DNA of 64,000 bases from Vicugna vicugna (lineage: Eukaryota), in contig MU058221.1 in the NCBI GenBank assembly GCA_013265495.1, positions 496,001 to 560,000 of the forward strand, read 5' to 3'. Below the pieces are notes generated by a model. It was not told where the DNA came from and ran no database searches. It saw nothing but the letters and a program-made list of their open reading frames with translations. Made by a program: the position numbers and the translations under genes. This document shows positions 23,600-37,160 of the stretch, one piece after another; the stretch's first letter is position 1; each line of letters starts with the position of its first letter.

Positions 23600-24020
23600 T
23601 TTTTTTATTGAGGTACAGTCGGTTTACAGTGCTGTGTCTACTTCTGGTGCCCAGCACGGTGCTTCAGTCATACATGAACATACATATATTCATTTTCATA
23701 TTCTTTTCCACCATAGGCTACTACAAGATATTGAATATACTTCCCTGCGCTGTACAGCATAATCTTGCTTATCTATTTTATACATACCAGTCAGTGTCTG
23801 CAAATCTTGAACTCCCAGGTGGTCCCTTCTCACCCCACTCCCCCTTGGCAACCACAAGTCTGTGTTCTATGTCTGTGAGTCTGTTTCTGTTTTATATATA
23901 AGTTCATTTGTCTTTTTTTTTTTTTAAGATTCCAGATTTGAGTGATATCATGTGGTATTTTTCTTTCTCTTTCTGGCTGACTTCACTTAGAATGACTTTC
24001 CCTACGAACATCCATGTTGC
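23600..24020 (-). mobile_element. Young lineage-type L1 3' end
   Basis: Reverse complement of the same 3' UTR as 18989-19540 (ttttttattgaggtacagtcgg...cttcacttagaatgac...catccatgttgc). Confidence 0.95.
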
Positions 24021-24439
24021 TCTATTATTGAAGAGTAAATGGATGAAGTAAAAGAGAACTTACTGTTCCACACACTGTTGCTTATCTTAAAGTTCCCAAA
24101 AACCTACTTCAGAAAAGCTCATTGTATGTATGAAACTTACTCCTAGTTTCACTAGGACCACAGCGAAAGTATATGGAAATATGTCAAGACGATGAATGGA
24201 GACATAGTATATTAATTCTGTTTAATGTATTTCTGCATTCAAATTGCAAATTGACAGCTGTTTATGGTTATTTTACTCATGATAGCTTCATTTATGTTTT
24301 TTAATACTTATCCCATTTGTAATAGTTTCCTCTGCTTGTAGCTGAGTTGTAAAGAGGTCTTTATGCCTGGGAGCCAGCCCTTTGCTGCTCTTACACGACC
24401 ACCTGATACGCTACTGTATTTATGTACGTAGTTTGCGTT

Positions 24440-24783
24440 GAATGTGAATCTGCCTCAAATCAATCATTTTTTCCCTTGGGATTTTAGAACTTGAGATGAT
24501 TAAGAAATCTGCAGTGGCCTCTCCAATATAAGAGTTCCATGATGTAAACTTTGCTCTTCTGACCACAAGTCAGGCATGAGAGATAATGGATATAAGACAG
24601 CGACCAGCAGAGACAAAAGTTGAAATGGAAGAGGCTTGATGATAAATCCTGGTTCTCAAAGGTACCCTCTTTCCCATCATTTGGTTTTTAGACAGTATTT
24701 TGAGAGTCAAAAGTTTAATCTGTTCTCCTTCATAAATTTACTTTGGTTTCTGCCATTTGCACCCAGTGGAATCCTAATTAATA
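24440..24783 (+). mobile_element. Old ERVL/MaLR LTR relic
   Basis: 3' end ggtttctgccatttgcacccagtggaatcctaattaata resembles MLT1/LTR33-class termini. Confidence 0.45.
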
Positions 24784-27572
24784 AACGGTTAGCAAGGTGG
24801 GAAATGAACGTATATAATTTAGCTCCTGCCTTGTTGCTTACGCTTTCTCAGTTACAAATTCAGTCTATCGTTCTGGTCTCTGTCTCTAGAACTTTCTGTT
24901 TCAAAGCGCTGATGTCTCTCCGTAAGGTTCTCAGCAGTCGGGGCAGGAGACTGTGAAGCAAAGCAGGTAAAAGCTGGTAACCCTCCACTAGCCTGAGTGA
25001 TAAGATTCATCTCCTCATATGACTGGTTACTCTGAAGATCTCGTCCTTGAAAATCAGTCACACTAAAGAGATTCAAATAAGCTGACTTTTTTTGTAAAAC
25101 GAATTCCTAACATGTCTTTCTGAATTTTGTGCCCCTGAAAGGTAGAGAACGTGCCTTTCCAAGTCTTCATATGGCCTTACGTCAGACATAAAATCGTCAC
25201 ACAATAAACATTTGTTGAATTGAATAGAAGGACAGGAGCCATGTGGATGTGGAAAACGGGGCTTGTGACAAAAGTCACACTTTAGAATCCCACCTCATAG
25301 CTGATGCTTAAAACCCTTTTAAATATTGATAAAATAAAAATTCAGTGTTAATTGGAATTCTCTATTTTGACTGTCAGCTCTCTCATTTAAAACATTAAAC
25401 GTGGTATAATGTATAATTTACTGAGTAGCGGCAAGAGCCATTCCAAGATGTTACGAACATGTTTAAACACGGGCAGGGCGAGGGGCTGAGCTGTGAAGGC
25501 GCTTAACTTTGTGTTTTCAAGCCGAATTCTGCAGCGTGCCTGTGGGTCTGACCGCCGCTGACGGAGGACTCGGAGGGGCTTGGCTGATGCAGAACAGTCA
25601 GCGGTGAAAGATCAAAAAGACGAGCGTTGAGGGCAAGTACGGGTTCGTGAGTCTGAAAGGCAGTTACGGCTTAAAAAACTTCAACACCCAGAATGAGGCT
25701 GCTGGGCCGCTGAGAAGCCAGCCTGCCTTCTCTGTGGACGAACGAGCAGGAAGAGCGAGCGAGGGCCCGAGACGCTGGCCGTTGCTCACTCTCTGCAAGG
25801 TCACTCAGCGACCTTTAATCAGTTCGAGGAATAAAAATGTTCATCAAGGTTGCTGCTTGATTCCTGATGATTTCCCCTCACGCTTTAACACCACAGAAGA
25901 GAAGTAAACAAGCTCCATGAGAAAGCAAGAATGCGGTGCGTCATCTTTAACAGAAAATTGTATCAAATCTATTTTCTGGGACTGATTCTATGTTAGTCTA
26001 TTTTTACACAAACTGTAGAAAATTGTATGTAATGTGGTTTCATCTCACTTTCAAAGGGAGTTGAATGTGGCTTTTGTGAGGATCCCACTGCAAACAGTGG
26101 GCAGATGACCCAATTACAGGTTTAGAGGAAGACCCTTAGGATGCGAATGACTGCACATTTTAAACAAAACCTCAAGCCTGCAAGTCCAGCTTCGTCTACA
26201 AGCTCACTTTCTGGACGCTTCAAGGAAGTAAAAACAGATGAGGCCATCGAGTTAAGGGTCAGAGGTATCAATGAAAGGAAGAAGAGAGACGTTCTCTTGT
26301 TTTTTATGATTTTTTTCTTGGTGCTTTCCTCTTATTATTGAACATCTCTCCCTTGCCTTCCTTGCACTTCCTTCACAGAGGGGCAGCCTGGAGCCCTCTC
26401 ATGCTCGGAGGGGCAGTCCACTTATTAAAGACCTAGAAGGTCAATAAAGGAGGGCCCACGGGCCACGTCCAGCCTGCTCCACAGCAAACCCGGCCGCGCG
26501 CATTGGGTTTGAGTTGTCTGCCTCTGCTTGTGTGCCGCCGGCGAAGCCGAGTGGCTCCAGCAGTGCTCTCACAGCCCACACGCCTGGGCTTGCATTTGCT
26601 GTCTGGACATTTACAGAACATGGTTTTCAACGCACTCGAGTTGGGTTCAGGCGGAAGACGTACCAACTGGGAAGTTTAGGTCTGGTCTGCTCTCATTCTT
26701 AGGTTTATTCCGACTTTGGTTTTTCTTTTGAGGTTTCATTTGGCATCAAGGTGAGACGGTCCAAACGCCCTCATCTAGACTTCAGGAAGAGCGAGAAGAG
26801 CAGACATGCTCCAGTCATGACTTCAAGTTCATGTGTCACGTGAGGTCTTAGACCCTTCAACTGCACCTGTAGTCCGGCTGGGCACAGACCGGGGGGTGGG
26901 GGGTTAAACAACCCCCTCTGACCTAGCAGTGAAGGGGAGATTTGCCCGGCACGCCCTCTGGGTAAGCCCCTCGTGGACCTGGCGTCGGATGGGACTGAGT
27001 GCAGCCACAAGCTCGAGCCTCAGCGATCTGACACGACACACGGCTTCAAAATGAAGGTCAAAGGGACCTCACGTAGCCTGTCTTTTGAGCTTGCTCGTTC
27101 ATAAAGGACAGGGAAAAACTCATGAACGTACTTTGCAGTAGAGCTCTAACGATACGGCAATTGCAATTAGAGTTGCTTTTATTTTTTTTTATTTGACTTA
27201 TAGCGTATTTTAAAATATGAAACCCAGCTGAAGGCAGAGGCCGCCTGTGGGTTTTTTGCTGTTGTTTTGTTAGGATTTGTTTTGTCCTTTCATTCTCGCT
27301 CTGCAGAGAGGCTGGAGACCAGCTCGGTTTTGACTTTGGGCTCCGTGTGATAATGGCTGAAGTTTGTAACAGCCAATCCACGACCAACCCATAAAACTCG
27401 TCTTAATGTAACTCTGCCCTGGGCGCCATCTGTAATTAGGCCGAGTGTTGCCACTGCGGCTCCATGACTGTGATCTTTAGGTGAGTCTCTTGGGGCTCCT
27501 TTGGCCTCTGGGTTTCCAAGCTTTACAGCATTCACAGAGTGTTCGGTAAGTCTCTCCTGGTGCTGAAGCACA

Positions 27573-27635
27573 TGTGTGCATGCATGCACACACACTCACA
27601 CACACGCACACACACATGCACACACAAACACACAC
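27573..27635. repeat. 20-bp perfect palindrome tgtgtgcatgcatgcacaca followed by (CA)n
   Basis: Seen directly. Alternating purine-pyrimidine tract. Confidence 0.9.
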
Positions 27636-27939
27636 CCCACGGTATGGTTAATATCTAGCCATAGTCCCGTAATTAGTGTGTCTGTGCTGAAAGTTTTGTT
27701 CCTATTTTATTATTATTTCTTCCCTTTTGCACACACGGCCTCTTTGATGTAAGTACAGCCCAGTCCAGAAGCGCAGAAGCAGGCGCAGATGCTGCACCAG
27801 ACGTGCGCTGACGGCGCCATCTGCTCTCTGCAGTTCTCTCTTGGTCATTGATTTCTCCAGGAGATTTTCTTCAAAACAGTTGGACAGGCTTCTTGCATGT
27901 GGTGTGACATATGGAGTGCTTTTTCACGAGTGACTTCGG

Positions 27940-28130
27940 CGTGCTGGAGCTGAGAAAGCAAGGGATTGGAGTCAGATGGCCAGACTTAGGAGCCTGGATT
28001 TTTCTCCTCCCTGGGTAAAGTCATGGGCCCTCCCTGTCCTCAGCAGCCTGATGCAGCCGAGCTGCCTAAGAGCTGCTATGATACGTAAGTGAGAAGACAC
28101 TGAAAATGCTTGGTAAGTTATAAAGTACTA
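27940..28130 (+). mobile_element. MIR relic
   Basis: gaaagcaagggattggagtcagatggcc...ctgggtaaagtca...gaaaatgcttggtaagttataaagtacta. Confidence 0.55.
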
Positions 28131-28275
28131 TTTAAAAATAAATTTCAATTATATTTTCTCATTGTTTTCTTAATGACAGTCATATCACTTCTAGTATCAG
28201 AAAGGAACCTTTTCACTCCAGTCCTGCTGATGCATATACCACTCTGTCAGCATTGTTTAAAGCTCATAGACCCTA

Positions 28276-28414
28276 TTTTTTGAAAATTTGTTTTTGGGGG
28301 AGGGTAATTAGGTTTATTAATGAATTTGTTTGTTTTTTAGTAGAGGTACTGGGGGTTGAACCCAGGACCCTGTGCATGAAGCACACACTCCACCACTGAG
28401 CTGTGCCCTCCACC
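28276..28414 (-). mobile_element. Camelid tRNA-derived SINE (Vic-1-like)
   Basis: Minus strand reads ggtggagggcacagctcagtggtggagtgtgtgcttcatgcacagggtcctgggttcaacccccagtacctc, then an A-rich tail with cctaattacc. A and B boxes present. Confidence 0.9.
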
Positions 28415-28995
28415 GTTTGGTTACTGAGGTATTAGACTCTGAAAAATCTGCACAGATTTGTTTTATAGCAGTATCTTATCCATGTAAACAAAAGGCTATA
28501 TAATAATGGAACAAAATCAAGGAGAGAGAAATAAAGAGAGATAGACAGAATTGAGAGGAAAAAATATTTTGGTAATAAAAATTAAGCAAAAAGCATATTA
28601 AACTTCTTTATCAAGTATAAAACCCATGTTAATGTGGTGATATCTCAAAAAATCCATCAAATAAATAAGGAAACTATTAAACAGACATGATTATTTACAC
28701 TGTGGATTTTTTTAGGAGAAATGTAAGTGTGCATTAGGATGTATTAGCAACAGTAGTCATGGTTATCCACATTATGCTGACGTCATCTTCTGTAATGAAT
28801 CAAGAAGCACAGAGTCGTGGAAACCATTTCTTTATTCTCCCCGTAATTCTTTTTACTTCTACTTCCTTTCTTTCTCTCATTCTACTGCTCTCCTTGGTTT
28901 CTCCCTTGACGAATTTTTGGATTCATGAGGACGGGGAAGGTTCGCTGGTGTGCCCATGACTGGCCTGCCCGAGCTCTTGCCTTGTCTATTCCCAG

Positions 28996-29056
28996 TCTCT
29001 CTCTCTCTCACACACACACGTACATACACACACTCACACACACAGACACACACACT
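28996..29056. repeat. (CT)n-(CA)n compound microsatellite
   Basis: Seen directly. Confidence 0.9.
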
Positions 29057-30442
29057 CTGTCTCTCCCAAGGGCTTAGTTTAAAGGAGGGAAGTACACAAG
29101 CCCTCTTTACACCTCAGGTCTAGTGCACTTTTTCCAGTCTACATTTATCAGCCCTAAAGTTGATGCTTTGATCCCTGTCTTACTGTTGGTTTTCAAATGG
29201 TCCAACACCACTGATTGAGGGAGCTGTAATCAATGAGCACCCTCAAAAACCCAACAAGTCATTTCAGTACAAAGGTACTTTTCATCAGGTTGAAAGGAAA
29301 GTAGAAGAATAGTCTTAAGACTCAAAAATATTTCTCCACGAGATATTTGGCTTCAATTACGCTAACTTGGGAATGGATTACATTCCCTTTCCCCCTCGTT
29401 TAAAATGAACTTCATTGCATGTGCCCTGTTCCTCCGTCATACTGTGTTCTGACCGAGGCAGAAACAGGTGCCTTGAGCCGTGGGGCATTGCATACAAATG
29501 TGACCGTGTGCCAAGTGGTTGGACGCGGAGCTGAAACGTGAATTAACTGAAACACTGAGTGTACTTCCTTTAGGGAGGGGGAATATATTCATATATAAGA
29601 AGAGCTCCCACCAATATTTCAGCGGTAAGAGCATCAGCTGTTGAGAGAGAGTTGTCGTCTCCCACTGACGGCCCTCCCACTCTTTCCCTTACAATGGGAC
29701 CTGCAGCTCGTATCCGGACACCGAGCTGCCCACAGTAAGACATTCCCCGGCTCACCATAGCTGGGTGTGACCTCTAGATTGTGGAAAAGGGGTGTGAGTG
29801 GAAGTAACGAGGGCAAGGGGAGGAGAGGCACATCCTTCTTAGGTGTTCAGTACGTACTCTGGACCCCAGTGGCCTCATTTGTAAATACAAGGACATTTTA
29901 TAGAATTATATCAAAGTTCACTACCAGGGCTGAGAAACATTTCACTTTTCGATAACCCTCTAAAATCGACTTCAGACAGATATAGTCTGAAATTTTTTTA
30001 AGTAGATGAAGCATTTTTTAATCCAACCACTTTCTTATTTTGCCTTTTTTTTTTTTTTTTTTGGAAAGTGTCACTTCCCCTATCCGAACGGAAAACTGCA
30101 AGTTATTTCTAAGAGTGGTGGGGGAGGGGGAGGTAAACTAATTCTTACTAATGTGTCAGTGACTCGCTGTATTAATCCCCTGGAGTGGTTGCCTTTTGAG
30201 TAAAAAAAAAATAAGCACAGATTACACATGTACAGGTACTAGACAGGCATTTTCCATTTTTAGAAAGTTTGCTTTATGCCATTTTGATTTTAGGAAAGAC
30301 CTACATTAGTGCCCACTGTAGCTGCCCAAGAGTAGTCTGAAAAAGTTTTTATTGCTATGAAAAAATTTGCTTCTTTGCTTTACACCATTTGAGGTTAACA
30401 GAAGTTTCCAAAGGTGCCTTCTGCTTTCAAACAGCAGAGGGA

Positions 30443-30474
<32 letters not shown>

Positions 30475-30476
30475 AC
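30443..30476. repeat. (CA)n microsatellite
   Basis: Seen directly. Confidence 0.95.
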
Positions 30477-31736
30477 GTATTCTGTCTATATACACATACG
30501 TATTTGTATATGTATACATAAAAAGACAGGAAAATGCTAGCCTTGAAGAAATTAATTGCCAATGATATAACTTTACACATTCAGTTGAAGTCCAGATGGA
30601 AAAAGAATTGGAAATATCTGCATATTCTTCAATTCTTCAAATCCTAATTTTGTAGACACAAGTCTTGGCCAATAAGATAAATAACACTGAACACAATAGT
30701 AAGTTAACTTATGATAAATGACAATAAATATATCTAAATAGCACATTTTGAAAACACATGAAATAATATCAATTCCTTGCATCCACATTTCATATCAAAG
30801 TAACCACTGTGAGCAGGCAATGAGAAAGATACACTTTCTCAGCCAACAGAGTAGCATGTTACCACAATAAACCTGCCAATTATTACATAGTAAAATGTTT
30901 TCTTGTATCCAGAAGTAGGCATCCTTTTCCTTCTCGAAGTGTTCTACTAGTAGCTACTTCACCAGAGAGGCTAACTGTCTGCCTAGTACTTCAGTTAGTG
31001 TCACACTTTGCAGATGCACCTAGAATAATTAAAGGATGATAAACAGAACTGAGGGATGTGAAAGGAAGATGGGTGCTTACGCATTTCTTATAGTTGATGG
31101 CTAAAATTAGCCTCTGGTATTAATAATTGTATTCTCTCTGGGATATTGTGCTTTGAAGTAAAAATATGCAGGGTTTGAGCCACTGGTGTCCTAGCATCAT
31201 CCATTATATTGATTGAAAGCTGCCAGATAAACCTTTCTTAAGTTACAAGGTGTTGACTGGATCAGAGACTGATGAAGCAAAGAAAGAAAGAAAGAAAAGC
31301 TTCAGAGCATAGCATTAGTGTCAGAGTCAAGGAGTTACCCCTGCTGGGCGTTCGCTAGTGCCCCCAGAACTCCTAACCTTAGAGGCAACCGTGACATTTC
31401 TGGGAAAGTTGACGAAACACTTAATCCTTCACTCCAAATGCTTCCTTTCCTTTGGATATTAAAGGTAGACATTTAAAATCTATTGGTCACAGTCTGTCCT
31501 GCACAAATGCCCTGATGTTGAGAAATAACATCTTCAAATCAGTGGCCAAGATGTCGACACCACTCATTTGTTGATTTACCAGCACCCACTTTGCATCAGG
31601 ACTCCAGTCCTCAAAGCATGATTCTACATTAAATGGAAATAGAGAACCCTTTTCTGCAGCAAAATCTCATGAGGATTTCAATAAACTTGGATTTCTGTCC
31701 TTGCTACTCAGAGTTCCTTTAAAAATGTCACTAGCA

Positions 31737-32030
31737 AACAGAGACAGACTCACAGACATAGAAAACAAACTTATGGTTACCAGGGGGCAAGGGGGTGGGA
31801 AGGGCTAAACTGGGAGTTTGGGATTTGCAGATACTTACGGGCATATATAAAATAGATAAACAAGTTTATACTGCATAACACAGGGAACTATATTTGATAT
31901 CCTGTACTTGCTTAGAGTGAAAAAGAATATGAAAACGAATATATGTGTGTTCACGCATGGCTGGGGCACTGTGCTGTGCACCAGAAACCGACACAACATT
32001 GTAAACTGTACTTCAATAAAAAAAAATTGT
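31737..32030 (+). mobile_element. Young lineage-type L1 3' end with 16-bp TSD
   Basis: TSD aaaaatgtcactagca (31721-31736) and aaaaaagtcattagca (32031-32046), preceded by ttt (TT/AAAA endonuclease site). Confidence 0.95.
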
Positions 32031-32239
32031 AAAAAAGTCATTAGCATTTAATTAGGCTATGTATAGTAATTAATAAAATAGAATGTGCATATATATGTAT
32101 TGTATGTATGTATGTGTGTGTATATGTATATATACATACATGTGTACCTGTGTGACTTTATCACAAAGATAAACAACATTGGAAATTAATTTTTTAGTGA
32201 TACAAAGTAGCACTAGTGGCGAAGGGTAAAAAAATAATT

Positions 32240-32414
32240 GAATTGGATTGAAACACCTGCATTTCAGTCCAATCATACACATGACAGGCATGTGATGAGG
32301 GGTGAACCAGCTCACATTTCAGAATCTTAGATGTCTTATCTGCAAAATTCAAATTAATGTACCTTTCTCAAACAATTACAAGATATTCATCTAGTGATGT
32401 GTTTGTAAATATTT
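32240..32414 (+). mobile_element. MIR relic
   Basis: tcacatttcagaatcttagatgtcttatctgcaaaatt...tacctttctc (MIR core). Confidence 0.5.
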
Positions 32415-32602
32415 AACCACCAGTTATCCAGGACAAACAAAGAAAGCCTGGGTCTCTGTCAGTTGCCAATTTTTTGAGAGTAAGTACTCCCATTATAGCC
32501 AGTTTCCAGTATCCACATGACCCCACAGAGAATGGAGTGGACAGGGGTGCGCAGAGTCAGGTCTTGGAAGCTGGTGCGCTGTGGTCCCAGCATACACACC
32601 GC
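32415..32602 (-). mobile_element. MER63-like hAT-Blackjack MITE
   Basis: ttgccaattttttgagagtaagtactccca...ggggtgcgcag...cccagcatacacaccgc. Confidence 0.6.
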
Positions 32603-35600
32603 TTTCGCTGCAAATCAGGTGAGCTGTAATGTGAATTACGACAGCAGATGCTCACTAAATCTGTGTTGAGTGAATATGGGCGTAAAAATATTCATGAACA
32701 TGATCAACTGGTGCAGATCAGCGTCTCAGTCATCCAGCCATAGGACAAAAGGGGATGGGGTTTCTAGGAAGTTCTAGGAAAGACATTCAGGGTAGCACTT
32801 TGATAACTGATTTCCCTCCGTGGACATGATGGAAAAAGTGGTAAGTAACCAGTGCGGTGGACACTCATTTCTGAACTTTGGATGGAACTTCCTTTTTTTT
32901 TAACTTGATTTTGTTTATGCATCTAATACTCCTTTTACTTTAAGTTAGGCATTATACAAGATAATAGGTGGATCTAATAGACTTTAGCAAATTGCTGCAT
33001 ATTTTAAAAATGCATAAACTTTATTACCACTTGAGTAAACCGTGGAATCAAAGTATCACTTACAAGCAATAAAGGGATAAGGGAAACACGTTGATTTTAT
33101 TTAACACTCGGGGGCTTTCAATTGGCTCTGCTTCATTAATATTCTCCTGAGCGTTCTCCTTCCCCAGAGCTTGAAAAATATTCAGTAATGAGCTTGTCAT
33201 CCCAATTCGTGTTAAATTTTTCAGAATAACTTCTGGTAAAGAAAATCTCTGTTGGCTGACGGCTGCATCTCATCAGCTCACTTCCACAGCTTTGAGTTTT
33301 CCTCCCCGACATTCCTCACTTCCAATCCCATCTAACTGGCAAGTCCAGAGAAGCACAAAGATCAGTCCTGAGGCTCGAGATGCGTCAGAAGTGCTTCATC
33401 CGGTCCTAACCGCCTGGAAAGGTTAAACATTCGGCGAAGAATCATACTGATCATATTTCAGAAATTGTGATGGAGCTATTATGACATTTCTTAAACTCAA
33501 AGACAAAAGAATATAAATTATTGTAAAAATTATATCTCAAATTACAGTGATTGTTTTAGAACAATTTCTGCTGATTGTGGATCACATAATTTCCCCAGGA
33601 AGTGCTTCTTCATAACCGCTCTATATTGTTTGTGGTTACGTCTTGGGAGATGTGATTTGACACGTGGTAAGTCTGCATATGTGAATTAATGAGCGACATT
33701 ATAATGGGCATCACTGGAGAAACTAAATACTAAACTTGAGTAACCTAAGATTTTTTATCTAACGTTTTCTCTCATTTTTAAACAAATTGTTCAACTGTAG
33801 ATGTAAAAGCTAAGGGCTTTTTTGTTGTTTTGTCTTTGTTTTCTGTTTTCTAGGAAGAGTTCTAGAATATTGTTCTGTTTGATCATAGTTACATGCTAGT
33901 GGAGGGCTACTATGGCAAGTTACTTTTGAAAAGCATTAGTTTTTTTATAATATTATATCTGGAAAAATGAGGAAAGCCAATAAGAAGGTTTTAAATTATT
34001 CACGTTTCTCTCTCTACCTCATCAAAGGTCTTACTTTCATCCTGTCTTCTTTTTATTTTTTAAAGTGTGTGGACGTCCTTCTATTCTCCTTAATTTTGTG
34101 AACTCGGCCGGTATCGCACAGGGTTCCAGCCAAGCAGAGCCTGGGGAGGGCAGAGGAGCAGAGTGAGCCCTCGGCTGCTTGCTGCTCTTTGTGGCAGTGA
34201 CTCCCTGCAGATCCTGTGTCTGTGGGTGGGTGTGGGCGCTCTGCCGGCATCAGCTGTTTTGAAGCACACCGCTGGCCTTCTCACTCTGTGAAATTATCTG
34301 TGCCACAGATCCTTCGAGCATCACATTTTTCTGTTATGCTCATAGAGAGCAGATTATATTTAAGAAAGCTTGGAGTCGACTGAAATATCCTGTAGCAAAG
34401 GAGGGGATGAGCAATACGTCTGTGCCCTACCCATGCCCACTGCCTTTCTTCCATCCTCCCTCCTGGTAGAAGTGCTCTCTTTGAGCAAAATCGTGCATTA
34501 AAATTAAGTCACATAAACCACGTTAACAAGGGAAATATGGTTTTGTCCCAGACATACGCCTGGGCTAACTGGTGTATTGTTATGATTTAATGGGCCAAGG
34601 GTTTGACCCAGAACTTGGAACGACAGTCTGAACTCGAAGGAAATTGATAGTCGGATGAAAAGATGGAACCAAATATCTGCATGAATAGGAGATACTGACC
34701 GAAGATAAGGCTGAGGGGAACTTTAGTCCCGATGTTCAGCTAAGAGCAAAAAGCAGCAACAGAGGAACAGCACAGGGATCTCTGTACCTTCCCTGGACTT
34801 CAAGCGCTTGGTTAATGGTCTAGGAGTGTCCACAGGGTTACTTCTGATAACACTGTCATCTGGTCTATTCAGGCGTCTCAGAAACATTCACACAATAGCT
34901 GTCTTTTGTCAGGATAGACATGACAGGGGCATTCTGAGGCAAAGAAGTTGCCAAGCCTTTTAAAAGTGGGAAAGAGGAAAAAGATACAGATTAACTTTTC
35001 TTAATAAAATATAATATTGTTGACAAGTCAAATATTCCTAAAACTTTTTCTAGGTGTCATAACAATCCAACTTAGTTTCAGTAGAGCACTCACACAACGG
35101 GAGGCTCGCCTCCCTCTTGTCTTCCCTGAATAGTCGGGTTACGTGACGTATCTGCTTTTACGTATGTGTGGTCAAAGGGATATTTGACTGGGAATGTGGA
35201 GATTTGGTGTCTTTCATGTATTTGCGACATTGTCAAAACATTTAATTCCTTGTCTTCATTCTATTTATCTACAAATTATAAACTACACAACACGCAAGGT
35301 CATTTCCAGATACAAATTTCATGCGTTTCTGGATCCCCTAGAGGTCCACTTCTGAATTTATCTCACTTTGCATTAACATTGACTTCAAATAAATAGTTAT
35401 TCAATCCTAATTTGCATTTTTCATGTTTACTTTAGATTTCTATAGGATAAACAATTAAAATGAACTTGTTTAAAGTTTAAATATATATGTAAATGCATTT
35501 ATGCAAATTTATTCAAAATCTCACACACTGAAAATTAAGTACTTATTCAGATAAGGTTATATTCTCACATATTTTGTGCTAAGACCTCGCATCCTACTCA

Positions 35601-36983
35601 TTCGGGCATGAACCCAGAGGAAATGTAAGTTGGGACAAGCCTTCTAAATAATAGAGTTCATACATTTTAAACACTGAGCATAGAACACATCTGGCCTCAG
35701 TTTGCACATGTGGTTCATAGGAAATAATTTATTTGTAACCTGAAGCACAGTGTCTGGTGCATAAGGAGAACACAAAAGACATATATGACACTAGAGGTCC
35801 TTATAATAATTGTAACAATGGCGTAATAATGAAGACTATACTATTACTTTATGATACTGTCTGATACTTCCTGACGTCTATAAAGAACTCAAGGCTCTTG
35901 AATCCTGGCCATGTTATTCTCCAATCCGTCTCCACTTGAAAGTGGAAATATTAATAACATAGGACCATGATCAAGGCTATTGATTACATTACAAGTCTAG
36001 GTAGAGAGGTTTTAAGATCTAGCACAAATTTAGTACATTTGAGCTCTTCACTTCTTTATCATCTTCTCTCTCCGGCCGGAAGATGGGATAGTCAAAGGGC
36101 CCGAGTCTCGCTTTCCGGGATGTGCTTCTTCCTTAAGGTCTGTGACAGATAATTTAGACAAACTATGCACTGAATGTCAGGGAAAACATGCACTTTCCTC
36201 TCCTTTTTTCCCTTAGACTTGTTCTTGCCTTCAAAAGAGTAAGTTAGTTTTACAGATAAAATTTACAGGAGAAGAGAACTAAGGAATTCCCCAGATCTGT
36301 TAGAGTAAAAGCCTCGGGCCTACCTTCGCAACGCTGGAGTCTTTGTGTGTCGACGAAGTGCAACGTAGCTCACTAAGTTCTGAGATTTACGCCGCACAGA
36401 AACAAGGGGGAAAAATGTCTTCCTTGGCGTCCTCTCCATCTCCGTCGCTGCAGAGGGAGTTGCGCTGTAGTAGATGTGCTAGGATGGGGTTCAAGAATGG
36501 TGGGCGTGTGGCCTTTTCTATAAACTCTCCTTCAGGCCCACGGTTATAGGACCTCACAGGTAATCTACTGTCCTTTTCCTAGTTCAACTCATCAGTGAGG
36601 ATGTTGTTTGATGCTAATCCAGAGGGACTCAGGACAACCAAACAAAACCCAAACTGTATGACATAATTTATATAAAATCCTTCATAAGCCCATGGGGAAT
36701 GCTGGGTACGGAACGTACGCTAATTTCTTAATACACATTTGGAACTCGAAGTCTCACGGCTTCTGGTTCCAAGGTGAATGTATCCATGAAATAGCATAGT
36801 GCTCTGCGAAGGTAGGTGATTAATATCAACAGTGATTAAGATGACACGCTGCGGTAAGTAGCCGTAGGTCATACATTGTTTCATCACAGTGTATGTTCAC
36901 TGGTCCTTTTCCTTGATAGGCAATAATATTTGGAGAATTATGCACATGCCATGAAACGATAATCAGTAGGTCAACTCTACGAT

Positions 36984-37160
36984 CAGTAGTTTGTATTCCC
37001 GTCTTAGTGCTGGAAATCCTGGAGAGCTGTTACAATGCACCAGTCTCTGGATCCTTAAACCCACAACCCCTACATTCCGATTTAATTTCTGTGACGAGGT
37101 CAATATTAATAGTTTTCAAAGCTCCCCGATGACTAATACACAGCTAGGGTTGAGCATCAC
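36984..37160. mobile_element. MER5-like hAT-Charlie MITE
   Basis: aatcctggagagctgtt...aaagctccccgatgactaatacacagctagggttgagcatcact. Confidence 0.6.

Noticed and set aside
26340..26445. Plus-strand acceptor followed by a collagen-like GQPG reading
   Set aside because: Gly-X-Y periodicity stops after one or two triplets, a stop follows, and the donor is poor.
31737..32030. New SINE family made of short L1 3' ends
   Set aside because: The in-window copies have different 5' ends (18989, 24020, 31737, 48543, 53633, 58553), as expected for ordinary 5' truncation.
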